This document shows positions 1 to 9,766 of a stretch of DNA of 61,767 nt, piece after piece. The first letter of the stretch is position 1; every line of letters starts with the position of its first letter. The stretch spans positions 1 through 61,767 of the forward strand of contig CAZDPE010000003.1 of assembly GCA_964507235.1 (NCBI GenBank), given 5' to 3'. A program made the position numbers and the translations under genes. Origin of the DNA: an uncultured Lachnospiraceae bacterium (GTDB lineage: Bacteria; Bacillota; Clostridia; Lachnospirales; Lachnospiraceae). Under the pieces are notes generated by a model. That model was not told the origin of the DNA and did no database searches. It saw nothing but the letters and a program-made list of their open reading frames with translations.

Positions 1-13
1 ATGTATGTAATTC

Positions 14-130
14 ATGAAAAAGATTGCAGAAAGCTCCTTTCTTAATAAAATATGTATTATGTGTAAGTTGCAGCCTGGTGATATTGTAGAAGTAATACCA
101 ACAGATGAAGAAATTATAAAATATTATTAA
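14..130 (+). pseudogene. Remnant (C-terminal part) of a small Cro/C1-type HTH regulator
   Basis: Manual translation MKKIAESSFLNKICIMCKLQPGDIVEVIPTDEEIIKYY*. The LNKIC..xxQPGDI motif is typical of the C-terminus of small HTH_26/YozG-like regulators. An in-frame stop at 8-10 means the N-terminal HTH is absent. Confidence 0.5.
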
Positions 131-215
131 AAAAGATTGATAATATTCTGATATTAGAGTGCGAAAATAATTATCAGGAGAGCAAGTGATTGACCATAGA
201 AAGGAGATTAACGAA

Positions 216-431
216 ATGAGCAATAAAGAAAGAATTGTAGAACTACTGGATAGTATACCAGATTACAAAATGGGTTATGTTCTGGCATATGTTCAAGGCG
301 TAGCCGCTGATGAGGAAGCCGACAATATTTTTTGTCAAAGAATGTGGGAGAATTATGAAAATGACCCTGACCCCGAAAAAGATAAAGCATACACTTTAGA
401 CGAGTGTATGAAAGAATGGGGGATTGACTGA
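216..431 (+). CDS. Small acidic protein, putative type II antitoxin
   Basis: AAGGAG RBS at 201-206 before ATG 216. 71 aa with an acidic C-terminus (..YTLDECMKEWGID). Its TGA overlaps the ATG of a RelE-like ORF (TGATG). Confidence 0.65.
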   Translation: MSNKERIVELLDSIPDYKMGYVLAYVQGVAADEEADNIFCQRMWENYENDPDPEKDKAYTLDECMKEWGID

Positions 432-568
432 TGTATAAAATTATTATCAAGAAGAAAGAAAAGAAATTTATTGACAAACTCCCGAAAAATGGACAACTTA
501 GAGTAGTAAGGGCAATTGAAAATTTGCCAGATGGCGAGGACATAAAGAAATTGTACTTTAAAGAATAA
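431..568 (+). pseudogene. Truncated RelE/ParE-family toxin
   Basis: Manual translation MYKIIIKKKEKKFIDKLPKNGQLRVVRAIENLPDGEDIKKLYFKE*. This is a RelE-like N-terminal half that stops just after DIKKL and lacks the R-x-R-x-G-x-Y-R half. Confidence 0.65.
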
Positions 569-658
569 GTGGCAAGAGGAACAGGCTTTGAGAAATGAAA
601 ATGGCGGTGAATCTGTCTAAGCCATCTCAATTAAAAACTCATAACAGACAAATAAATC

Positions 659-683
659 AAGCTGCCAGCAAGGCGGCTTTTTC
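659..683 (+). terminator. Putative intrinsic terminator
   Basis: aagctgcc-agcaa-ggcggctt stem followed by a T tract. Confidence 0.5.
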
Positions 684-870
684 TCGTTATAGGCGGCATG
701 GATAGGCGTATAGAGTGCATATATTTTTGTCAGTTCCTTTAAGCGATTTAATTTCTGACCTTTTAAGGTAATGTTATAGAAAGATATATTAAAAAAAAAT
801 CATTTTGGAATGATTTTTCCATGAGAAAAGCCATATATTGTAAGGATAAGAAATATCAGGTCTTACAGAT

Positions 871-1398
871 ATGGCTCAGGTTTTATCTAATATATCCAAT
901 ATTATTATTCCGGTGCTGATTTTTTATATCATTGCATATGGGGTAATCAATAAATGCAACGTATACGAAGAATTTGTAAAAGGAGCAAAGGACGGTTTCA
1001 AAACAGTAGTGGGCATTATGCCTACGCTGGTTGCCCTTATGATTGCAGTAGGCGTTCTGCGGGCTTCCGGATTTCTGGATTTTTTCGGAAGATTATGCAG
1101 TCCCCTGGCGGATTTATTACACTTTCCGGCGGAACTGGTACCCCTTGCTTTTATTAAAATGTTTTCTTCCTCGGCAGCAACCGGCCTGGTGCTGGATATT
1201 TTTAAAAATTATGGTACGGATTCTTTTATCGGTCTGGTTACCTCTATTATGATGAGCTGTACAGAAACTATTTTTTATACCATGAGCGTATATTTTCTGG
1301 CAGCCAGGGTTACTAAGACACGATATACACTGACAGGCGCTCTGATATCCACACTGGCAGGGATTATTGCCAGTGTGGTGCTGGCGGAAATTATGTAA
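871..1398 (+). CDS. spmB: Spore maturation protein B (nucleoside-recognition Gate domain membrane protein)
   Basis: 175 aa hydrophobic protein with VYEEFVKGAKDG, PTLVALMIAVGVLRASG and SCTETIFYTMSVYF motifs. Confidence 0.85.
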   Translation: MAQVLSNISNIIIPVLIFYIIAYGVINKCNVYEEFVKGAKDGFKTVVGIMPTLVALMIAVGVLRASGFLDFFGRLCSPLADLLHFPAELVPLAFIKMFSSSAATGLVLDIFKNYGTDSFIGLVTSIMMSCTETIFYTMSVYFLAARVTKTRYTLTGALISTLAGIIASVVLAEIM

Positions 1399-1434
1399 GC
1401 TTAAGGGTAATGCGCGGCAAAAGACAGGGGGGTG

Positions 1435-3273
1435 TCAGGAAATGAACAGCTGAAGATTATCTCTGACAGCCGTGACTAAAATCCGGTAAATCTCATGTTC
1501 CCATGCGTCTTTTAGCCGGTTGTCCGTAATGGGTATCGTTTCTATATCCGGGAAAGCGGCGTTTGTAATGCGAAGTGTTCCCAAATCACCCACAGTAAAT
1601 ATTAAAAAATCGGAATTTTCCTGAAGAACGGGTTTTTCATAGGTCATAAGGCTCAAAATAACTTTGTTATTACCATCTGAGTCATCAGAAAAAGCAAAGC
1701 GGTCTTCTATGATGATTTCGCTTCCCTTTTTCAGAGAAGCTTTTCTTTTGTAATAAAGAAGCCCGGTTTCCATGGGGTAAGCAGGGGCAATATCCATTTC
1801 TATTTCGGAAACGGCGTCAGATAAAAGCTGCGATATTACGCGGGCATGATATGCTTCTCCGTCCTTCTGCATACAGCCGTTTATTGTGGGCAGATTATGA
1901 TAAGCGGACTGCATCGTCCAGATTTCATAGCGCCTGTCGGAAAAGGTCTTTTGGGTATAGCTTTCCACCCCGATATCAATAAGAAAAGGAAGTCCGTTTT
2001 TGTAGACGGTAAAGCTTCCCGTGTCATTGTGATTGTGGCTGTCGCCATTATCGCCTGCTTTTACGGCAAGACAGAGCCTTTCGTCACGGGTAATGAAAAT
2101 TCCCACGCTGGGATAGTAAATATCGGGATGAGTTACGGGCTTAGCGGAATCATGATAGAATTTTTTGATTTCCGACACTGTAAAGCCGTTTTGCAGACGA
2201 TAATATAAATTATTTTCCTTAGGCAGTAAAAGAGTTTCCGGATTTCCTGCAATAAAGTCCGAGGCAGCAAAGCCTGCCATACTGCTGTTTCCGGTTCTTT
2301 GGGCAAATAGAAATTCACGTACGCCCGCCCGTCCGGCAACAGGAGAACAGTCGGCAAAATTGACGTAATATTTATCCTCAATATGTACATTTAAAATATA
2401 AGCAGCGATATTTTGAATCTTGGGATTCTGATAAAGGCAGGAAAAACTGTTGTTTGTGACAGCGTTCAGAATTTCCAGGGTATTAAACAGGCACAGTCCC
2501 GCATGGCGGTAATATTGTGCACCTTCATCACAGCAGCCGTCATCGCCATATTCGGCAAGAAAGTAATCGGCGCTTTGGCAGGCCTTCAAGAAGACCCGGC
2601 GTTTTAATTCCTCCTCTGTATCCGTCAAAAAGACGGAGAGCAGAACATTCTGGGTACACCAGATAGTCCAGTTATTCATGGGTTCCCGGCCATTACCCAT
2701 CCACCAGAAATGATAATTTAAATAAGGATTGAAGATTCGCTGTTGCAGTTCATGGAAAATTCTTTTCGTAATAAAAGGGCTTATTTCATCGAGCTTATCT
2801 TTAAGAAGATAGGATGCGGTTGCCAGAATGGCGCCTGTTTCACAGGCAAATAAGTCCAGAACGGGAGCGGCAGCGTCAGGCAGGAGAAGCTGCGGCGTAT
2901 CGCGGATATAGGTATTATGAGGCGGAAGCTGCCAGGCGCTTTCTTCGCATATGAAAAAAATGCCGTTGATAATATCATCCAGAAACCGGCCTTTGTTCTC
3001 CACGCATTCCGCCAGAATAAGAGCGTCTAACGAAAGACGCCTGGAAAAAAATTTGTCTTCATAGGGAACACGGCTGCCTGTTCTTGAAAATTCCATAAAG
3101 TCAACAGCCGATATCGATGGATAATCAAAATTCAGATATTGTTCTCCGAAACGGATACTTTCTTTTTTCCACTCCTCATCCACAGACTGCCAGGCGCTTC
3201 GGTCTGCGGCAGCAGGATAAGGGGCGAAGGGAGTAAAAGGGGAATGGTATTCCCCGGCAATTTCATAAAACAT
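1435..3273 (-). CDS. Heparinase II/III-family polysaccharide lyase (PL33-like), cytoplasmic
   Basis: Motifs AECVENKGRFLDDIINGIFFICEESAW, NNWTIWC, DGCCDEGAQYY, SHNHNDTGSF and WTMQSAYHNLP. No signal peptide. The ORF track starts at 3360, but ATG 3273 has an AAGGA RBS. Confidence 0.8.
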   Translation of the reverse strand: MFYEIAGEYHSPFTPFAPYPAAADRSAWQSVDEEWKKESIRFGEQYLNFDYPSISAVDFMEFSRTGSRVPYEDKFFSRRLSLDALILAECVENKGRFLDDIINGIFFICEESAWQLPPHNTYIRDTPQLLLPDAAAPVLDLFACETGAILATASYLLKDKLDEISPFITKRIFHELQQRIFNPYLNYHFWWMGNGREPMNNWTIWCTQNVLLSVFLTDTEEELKRRVFLKACQSADYFLAEYGDDGCCDEGAQYYRHAGLCLFNTLEILNAVTNNSFSCLYQNPKIQNIAAYILNVHIEDKYYVNFADCSPVAGRAGVREFLFAQRTGNSSMAGFAASDFIAGNPETLLLPKENNLYYRLQNGFTVSEIKKFYHDSAKPVTHPDIYYPSVGIFITRDERLCLAVKAGDNGDSHNHNDTGSFTVYKNGLPFLIDIGVESYTQKTFSDRRYEIWTMQSAYHNLPTINGCMQKDGEAYHARVISQLLSDAVSEIEMDIAPAYPMETGLLYYKRKASLKKGSEIIIEDRFAFSDDSDGNNKVILSLMTYEKPVLQENSDFLIFTVGDLGTLRITNAAFPDIETIPITDNRLKDAWEHEIYRILVTAVRDNLQLFIS

Positions 3274-3416
3274 AGAAACAGATTTCCTTTTATTCATGAC
3301 AATAGAAAGTTCGCAAAGCGTGCTTTCTATTGTTGTTAAAATTTTTTTACTGATACTCATTTTAGCTTTTTGAAAGAAAATGGGAATGACTTATTTTATG
3401 ATTATATACACTATTT

Positions 3417-5024
3417 TTATGATGATATATTTTGATTCATATAATCTCTGGGGGAAACGCCCGTTATCTTTTTAAAAACCCGGCTGAAATAAAAGGCACT
3501 CTCAAAGCCGAGCAAATCTGATATTTCATAAACCTTTAAAGTTCCGTCAGCCATCATTTTTTTGGCGGCTTCGATTTTGCGCTGGTTAATATAATCGGAA
3601 AAACCTGCATCATTATATTTGGAAAAGAGGACGCTCAGATAATTGGGGCTGATGTTAAAGGCTTCGGCAACCTTGTTTAATGTAAGCTTTTCTTCTATAT
3701 GATCGTTAATATATTTTTTAACATTAATCACAATATGATTTTTATAATCCTTATGGTGAGTAGCAAAGCTCTCACAAAGACCGTTTCGGAACAATTTCAG
3801 CCATTCCAGAATCTGTTCTACGCTGGTCAGTTCATATAAGGAACGGTAACCGTTATTTTTGTTCTGAAAAATTCCTGATACAATTTGTTCTCCGTTGTTT
3901 AAAAGGGACAGGGAAAGATACAAAATATTTCCTGCTGCGTCCAGAGCCTGTACATAATGGGTGGGCTGATTTTCAAATAACTCTATAATGGAGGTAAAAA
4001 TATCATATAGTGCTTTTTCATCAAATTCGGCGTAAGCTTTGCGGATATCCTCTTTAAAGAGCGACATGTTGAATACATTTTTAAGCGGCATATCACCGGA
4101 TATATCCTCAAAAAAGAGAATCGGGTTATCCGGCGATACCTGTGAAAAAATCTGTTTTGCATCCTGATAAGAAGAGGAGATCTGTAAGGGCGCATTTACC
4201 GGAGAACCTACACTGGAAAGAATCGTAACGCTGTAGTAATTAAACAGCATTGTGGAAATCTGCTCCATGGCGTTATGAATAATAGTCTTATATTCAGGCG
4301 CAGAGTTACCCTTTAAAAAGAAAATAATACAGAAGTGCTTGGTATCTAATGAAAGCACATGACAGGGGATGTATTTGGAAATTAATTCATTTACCATCTG
4401 AAGGCTGCTGGTATATAAATTAAGCTGCTTGTCTGCAGACATACTGTTTAATTTATTACTGCAGATTTCCACATAACTGACGGTAAAGGCATCATAGGAA
4501 AAATCAATATTTAAATTTGAGGACTGGGATAAAAACTGGTTTGCCGACTCAAATAAATTCAGTACAAGGCGCATGAAAAACTGTTCTTTTAACAAATATA
4601 CGCTGCTGAAAGCCGTATCCTGAATCTGAGCCGTCTGCCTGATTTCATTTACTCTGCTGATAGCCCGATTTAAGGCATTACCCAGGATTTCAGCAGTCAG
4701 CTCAAGCTTTACAAGGTATTCCGTAACCTGATAAGTCAGGGCCTGCTTGGCAAACTGAAATTCCTCATAGCTTGTAAGAATGATGAATATGGGTAAGGAC
4801 ATTTTTTCTTCATAGCATTTTTTAGCCAGTTCAAGTCCGCTCATCACAGGCATCTTAATATCAGTAATGATAATTTCCGGTTCATAATTTTTAATCATAT
4901 CATAAGCAACAGCTCCGTTTGCAGCAGTTCCTATGATACTGATATTATATTCCTCCCAGTTGAGCATGGATTTAATGCCTGCCTGTACCAAAGGTTCATC
5001 ATCAACAATTAACAGCTTTATCAT
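3417..5024 (-). CDS. Two-component response regulator, YesN/AraC type
   Basis: N-terminal receiver (LLIVDDE, ITDIKMP) and C-terminal AraC HTH (GFESAFYFSRVFKKITGVSP). Confidence 0.92.
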   Translation of the reverse strand: MIKLLIVDDEPLVQAGIKSMLNWEEYNISIIGTAANGAVAYDMIKNYEPEIIITDIKMPVMSGLELAKKCYEEKMSLPIFIILTSYEEFQFAKQALTYQVTEYLVKLELTAEILGNALNRAISRVNEIRQTAQIQDTAFSSVYLLKEQFFMRLVLNLFESANQFLSQSSNLNIDFSYDAFTVSYVEICSNKLNSMSADKQLNLYTSSLQMVNELISKYIPCHVLSLDTKHFCIIFFLKGNSAPEYKTIIHNAMEQISTMLFNYYSVTILSSVGSPVNAPLQISSSYQDAKQIFSQVSPDNPILFFEDISGDMPLKNVFNMSLFKEDIRKAYAEFDEKALYDIFTSIIELFENQPTHYVQALDAAGNILYLSLSLLNNGEQIVSGIFQNKNNGYRSLYELTSVEQILEWLKLFRNGLCESFATHHKDYKNHIVINVKKYINDHIEEKLTLNKVAEAFNISPNYLSVLFSKYNDAGFSDYINQRKIEAAKKMMADGTLKVYEISDLLGFESAFYFSRVFKKITGVSPRDYMNQNISS

Positions 5025-5036
5025 AATATCTCCATT

Positions 5037-5092
5037 CCGGAGCGTTAGCGACGGGGCGAAGAGAAATCCGCGAAGGCGGTTTCTCTTCTGCC
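5037..5092. repeat. GC-rich palindromic (REP-like) intercistronic element
   Basis: ggc-gaagagaaa-t-ccgc-gaag-gcgg-tttctcttc-t-gcc stem preceded by ccggagcgttagcgacgg. It fills most of the kinase/regulator gap. Confidence 0.5.
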
Positions 5093-5093
5093 A

Positions 5094-6947
5094 TCAGAGC
5101 TCCTTATTCTTTCTGTTAGGCAATAATACGGAAATGGTGGTAAATTCACCTTTTTTACTTGTTATGGAAAGTCCGTACTCAGCGCCGAACTCATATTGTA
5201 AACGTTTATGGACATTACTGATTCCGATTTCACGGAAAAATGAGGAAGAAGCGGGTGATTCTTTTTCAAGCAGATGCTTCGCAAGCTCCGGATCAATTCC
5301 TATTCCGTCATCAGTTACATCAATGTGAATGTCGCTGTATTCATCCTGGAAAATATGAATAACAATGCTGCCGGCAGTACCTTTTGGTTCTATTCCGTGG
5401 AAAATGGCATTTTCCACTAAAGGCTGCAATGTAAACTTTAATATCTGGCAATCAGTCAGGCTTTTGTCTTCTATTGTAAAGGAGAGAGTAATGGTACCGC
5501 CGTACCGGTATTGCTGGATGGTAAAATAATCCTTAATTAAGGAAAGTTCATGCTCTATGGTAATCAGATTCGTGGCACCCTTTGAAATATCCTTCAGCAG
5601 ATGGGAAAGGGCAGTAGTCATTTCTGCAATTCCGGGCGCATTCTGTATGGTTGCCATCCACTTAATTGAGTTCAGAGTATTATACAGAAAGTGAGGATTA
5701 ATCTGACTTTGGAGCATTCGGTATTCATAGTCTTTTTTCTGTTTTTCATCTTCAATTCGCTGATTCATTAAAGAAAGAACATTTTCGGACAAATCATTAA
5801 TGGTTTTTCCGATATCTCCAAGCTCATGATCCCATTCTGTGGAGGGATCCCTGGAAAAGTCACCCTCTTTAATTCTTTCCATTCTTATCTGAAGCAGCCT
5901 TACAGGAACATTTACAGTTTTTGAAAGAAACCATGAAAGCAAAAGTCCGATTGCACTGCAGGCGCTTACGATAATTAAAGTAATCAGCAGAAAGGTATGC
6001 AGGATACTTTGAGTAAGCTGGGTTTCATCAATATATTCCGTGACATACCAGCCGTTTGTTTCGAGAGGTCTGGTAATCAGAAAGGCAGTGCCGTGTCCGT
6101 CTGTATTTTTAACTCTGCAGATGGAAGTCCCCTTCATTAATGCCAGTGAAGACAAATCCTTTGTAAGTTCATAAGAGTCATCACAGGAAATGAGATTTCC
6201 ATCCAGATAGCGGTAGGAGAGGCCTCCGATTTTAAAATAAAGAGTGCTGTCAGTTTCCGAAAGAAAATTGTGTACAGGACCTGTAACTACGGAAGTGGAC
6301 ATTTCGGTAAAAATATATCCTATTTCATCAGCCTTGTAAGGATGCTCAATGACATATAAAAACGGAATCACAGGAATTTCCTTGGTGGAAATAAAAGGAT
6401 CCTGCTCAATTCCGGCAACGATCTCCTCCGGATTTTTATGCAGAAGATCAAAATAAGGAAGAGATAGGATAAGGTCTGCAGAAACAGTGGTGGAAGAGTA
6501 GGGAGATTCTACAATCTGGATGATCTCATTTCTGGAATTTCCGATAACGACCATTCTTATTAATTGGGACTGGGACCTCAATGTATAATTGGAAGCATAT
6601 GATTCTGTAATAACATCATGCGCCTCTCTTTTGGAAAGATTATCAGCGGAACTTTCTTCAAGGGCAAATTTTATTACTTTATTATTGACCTGGCAGGAAC
6701 GGACAAATCCTTTTACGTTATCAATGTTGGAATCAATGGAGGAGCATAAAAAGGAAAGCCTGGTTTCCGAGGTCTGTACCAGATTCTGCCGTAAGTTGGA
6801 AGAGATAATAAAATAGCTTATCAGAATAACGATAGCGCTGACAACTGAAATCAGGGAAATCGTTATTAACAGAATGCGGGCACGGATAGTGGAAAAGGTT
6901 TTGTGATGATTTTGTTTAAAATCTGCAGTGCGGCTGTGCATATCCAT
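5094..6947 (-). CDS. Sensor histidine kinase, YesM type
   Basis: Two TM segments, HAMP, LQSQINPHFLYNTLNSI H-box, LQPLVENAIFHG and DDGIG motifs. Confidence 0.92.
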   Translation of the reverse strand: MDMHSRTADFKQNHHKTFSTIRARILLITISLISVVSAIVILISYFIISSNLRQNLVQTSETRLSFLCSSIDSNIDNVKGFVRSCQVNNKVIKFALEESSADNLSKREAHDVITESYASNYTLRSQSQLIRMVVIGNSRNEIIQIVESPYSSTTVSADLILSLPYFDLLHKNPEEIVAGIEQDPFISTKEIPVIPFLYVIEHPYKADEIGYIFTEMSTSVVTGPVHNFLSETDSTLYFKIGGLSYRYLDGNLISCDDSYELTKDLSSLALMKGTSICRVKNTDGHGTAFLITRPLETNGWYVTEYIDETQLTQSILHTFLLITLIIVSACSAIGLLLSWFLSKTVNVPVRLLQIRMERIKEGDFSRDPSTEWDHELGDIGKTINDLSENVLSLMNQRIEDEKQKKDYEYRMLQSQINPHFLYNTLNSIKWMATIQNAPGIAEMTTALSHLLKDISKGATNLITIEHELSLIKDYFTIQQYRYGGTITLSFTIEDKSLTDCQILKFTLQPLVENAIFHGIEPKGTAGSIVIHIFQDEYSDIHIDVTDDGIGIDPELAKHLLEKESPASSSFFREIGISNVHKRLQYEFGAEYGLSITSKKGEFTTISVLLPNRKNKEL

Positions 6948-7215
6948 ATTCTCCCATAATAGCGGCTCTTATTTATATTTATTTTATCATAGGAAAAAAA
7001 CAGATAAAAGCAAATTGAGCAAAGTGGTAAAAATAATGCATCTTAATCAAAAAAAGTATATCTTTTTAAATTGAAATAAAAATTATGAATAAATTATGAA
7101 TGAAAAAGAGAGAAATTTCATTTTAAATCATAATGTAAAACGATATACTGAAAACACAATAACCCGTAGGGTTACTGATAAGTTATGTTAAATTTTAAAA
7201 AGGAGGAAATTTTTT

Positions 7216-8604
7216 ATGAAAAGAAAGCTTTTAAGCGCATTGTTAGCAGTAACAATGGTAGCCGGATTATTATCCGGATGCGGTTCTTCCGATTCTCAGA
7301 CAGCTTCTGAGGAAACAAAGACAGAAGCGGCAGCGGATACAAATACGGAACCGGAAGCAGAAGATGTGGCAGATTCCGGAGAAGAACCTGCAGAGGCAGA
7401 AGGTGAGCCTGTTACATTAAAGTGGGCAATCTGGGATAAGGATTCAACTCCTTATTGGGATGCGTTAAAGGAGGAATACGAAGCGGCTAATCCCAATGTT
7501 ACAATAGAAATGGTTGACCTTGGTTCCACCGATTATATGACAGTCCTTGCAACGGAATTATCAGGAAGCGGTTCTGATTTTGATGTAGTTACTATCAAGG
7601 ATGTTCCCGGATATGCAACACTTGTTTCCAAGAATACTTTAGAGCCCCTTGACAGCTATATTTCAGAAGCAGGGATTGATCTCAGCCAGTATGGCGGAGT
7701 TGATAAGCAGGTAACTGTAGACGGAAGCCTGTATGAGCTTCCCTTTAGAAATGACTTCTGGGTAATATTCTATAACAAAGATATTTTTGATGCAGCAGGA
7801 GTTGATTATCCTACAAATGATATGACCTTTGAAGAATATGATGAACTGGCAAGACAGGTGGCTGACCCTACCTATGGCGCACAGATTTATGGCACACATT
7901 ATCATACATGGAGAAGCGCCGTTCAGTTATTCGGCGTGCTTGACGGACAGCATACTATCCTGGATGGCAATTATGATTTCTTTGCTCCTTATTATGAACT
8001 TGTATTAAGTGAAGAAGATGATCAGATCTGCAGGAATTACGCTGATTTAAGTGCAGAAGGCTTACATTATTCCGCAGCTTTTTCCGGCGGAGATGTAGCT
8101 ATGATGAATATGGGCTCCTGGTTTATTTCCACATTGATTTCCAATATCCAGAGTGGTGAATATGACGCTTCTCTTTGCGGTAACTGGGGCATGGTAAAAT
8201 ATCCTCATGCAGAAGGCGTGGAAGCAGGCTCTACTCTTGGTACCATTACCGGACTTGCAGTAACAAGCGTATCTGACAATAAAGATGCCGCATTTGATTT
8301 TGTTGAATGGGTATCTGGTGAAGAAGGAGCCAAGGTTATGGCTGAAACAGGAAACTTCCCTGCACTTATGACAGATGAAATCGCTGATATTATTTCAGGC
8401 CTTGATGGATTCCCTGAGGACGAAGCAAGCAAGGAAGCATTAAATGTTTCCAATTTGTATCTGGAAGTTCCTTATGCTGAAAATGTATCTGCTATTAATG
8501 ATATCCTTGATACTTATCATAAATCCATTATGAACCGTGAGGTTTCAATTGAAGACGGAATTGCTTCAATGAACGAAGAAGTAGGTAAGATTCTGGCACA
8601 GTAA
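7216..8604 (+). CDS. Carbohydrate ABC transporter substrate-binding lipoprotein
   Basis: Lipobox LLSGC, acidic linker, SBP_bac_1-type motifs (FYNKDIFDAAGVDYP), strong AGGAGG RBS. Confidence 0.92.
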   Translation: MKRKLLSALLAVTMVAGLLSGCGSSDSQTASEETKTEAAADTNTEPEAEDVADSGEEPAEAEGEPVTLKWAIWDKDSTPYWDALKEEYEAANPNVTIEMVDLGSTDYMTVLATELSGSGSDFDVVTIKDVPGYATLVSKNTLEPLDSYISEAGIDLSQYGGVDKQVTVDGSLYELPFRNDFWVIFYNKDIFDAAGVDYPTNDMTFEEYDELARQVADPTYGAQIYGTHYHTWRSAVQLFGVLDGQHTILDGNYDFFAPYYELVLSEEDDQICRNYADLSAEGLHYSAAFSGGDVAMMNMGSWFISTLISNIQSGEYDASLCGNWGMVKYPHAEGVEAGSTLGTITGLAVTSVSDNKDAAFDFVEWVSGEEGAKVMAETGNFPALMTDEIADIISGLDGFPEDEASKEALNVSNLYLEVPYAENVSAINDILDTYHKSIMNREVSIEDGIASMNEEVGKILAQ

Positions 8605-8632
8605 GTTGGCGCAGATGAAATAAGTAATTTTT

Positions 8633-8660
8633 TTGGGGCTGGCGTAAAAACCAGCCCTAA
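8633..8660 (+). promoter_or_regulatory. Intercistronic stem-loop after the SBP gene
   Basis: ttggggctgg-cgtaaaaa-ccagccctaa with no U tract. The position is typical of an mRNA-stabilising hairpin. Confidence 0.5.
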
Positions 8661-8690
8661 GTATCAAATGAAAGGGCAGGGTTTTGGAGT

Positions 8691-9740
8691 ATGGATGAGA
8701 AAAAGGCAGCCAGGGCAGAAAAACTGGAAGCGGAATCAGCCGAATTGATGCAGAAGATCCGAAAAGAAAAGGATATTCAAAAAAAACAGAAATTGATTGC
8801 AGAGCGTGAAAAGAAACAGCGAAAATTAACTGCAATCAAAAACAACAGAGTTATAAGCAGAGAAGCAAAACGGGATATGGTGGCTTACTCATTTATTGCT
8901 CCTAATTTTATTGGGTTTGCTGTTTTTACTCTTATTCCTATTGTATTTGCATTTGCCCTCGCTTTTATGAAATGGGATGGCAGCAATGAGATTACCTTTG
9001 TCGGGTTTGAGAACTTTCTGCGTCTTCCTACAGATACTTTTTTTATAGCAGCTTTAAAAAATACAATTATATATGTAATCGGTACTGTGCCGCTTACCAT
9101 GATAGCATCCCTGGCTCTTGCAATTGTTTTGAACCAGAAAATAGTTGCAAGAGGATTTTTCAGAACAGTGGCATTTTTCCCTTATGTTGCCTCACTGGTG
9201 GCAATTACCGCAGTTTGGAGCATGATTTTTCATCCCTCTAAGGGACCGGTAAATTACCTGCTGCTGAATGTATTTGGAGTACCCCAGGAAAGCCTTCCTA
9301 AATGGTTCAGCGGCAATCTGGTGCTTGTGACTTTGATTTTATTTAGCGTATGGAAGTATATGGGTTATTATATGGTAATTTATCTGGCAGGCCTGCAGGG
9401 AATTTCCGCAGAGCTTTATGAGGCGGGAAGTCTTGACGGCGCCAATACCTGGCAGAAATTCAAATATATAACCTGGCCTCAGCTTCGTTCCACTACTTTC
9501 TTTGTAGTAGTTATGCTGACCATCAACTGCTTTAAGGTATATGACATTGCTGTCATGCTGGCAGGCGGCAGTGACGGAAAACTCAGTACATCGGCAACCG
9601 TTCTTGTTTACTACATTTATCAGAATGCATTTAATTATTGGGATTTAGGCTATTCAAGTGCGATAGCAATGGTATTGTTTGTAATAGTGCTTATTGTTAC
9701 TTTAATCCAATTCCGATATGAAAAAAATCTGGATGCATAA
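8691..9740 (+). CDS. Carbohydrate ABC transporter permease
   Basis: EAA motif LYEAGSLDGA and multiple TM segments. It has a charged ~60-aa N-terminal extension. Confidence 0.92.
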   Translation: MDEKKAARAEKLEAESAELMQKIRKEKDIQKKQKLIAEREKKQRKLTAIKNNRVISREAKRDMVAYSFIAPNFIGFAVFTLIPIVFAFALAFMKWDGSNEITFVGFENFLRLPTDTFFIAALKNTIIYVIGTVPLTMIASLALAIVLNQKIVARGFFRTVAFFPYVASLVAITAVWSMIFHPSKGPVNYLLLNVFGVPQESLPKWFSGNLVLVTLILFSVWKYMGYYMVIYLAGLQGISAELYEAGSLDGANTWQKFKYITWPQLRSTTFFVVVMLTINCFKVYDIAVMLAGGSDGKLSTSATVLVYYIYQNAFNYWDLGYSSAIAMVLFVIVLIVTLIQFRYEKNLDA

Positions 9741-9766
9741 AAGTGTAAGGGAAAGGAGAAGCCGAA

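Noticed and set aside
208-630. 140-aa minus-strand ORF
   Set aside because: Antisense to the antitoxin and RelE remnant, which have an RBS and recognisable motifs; it has no motif of its own.
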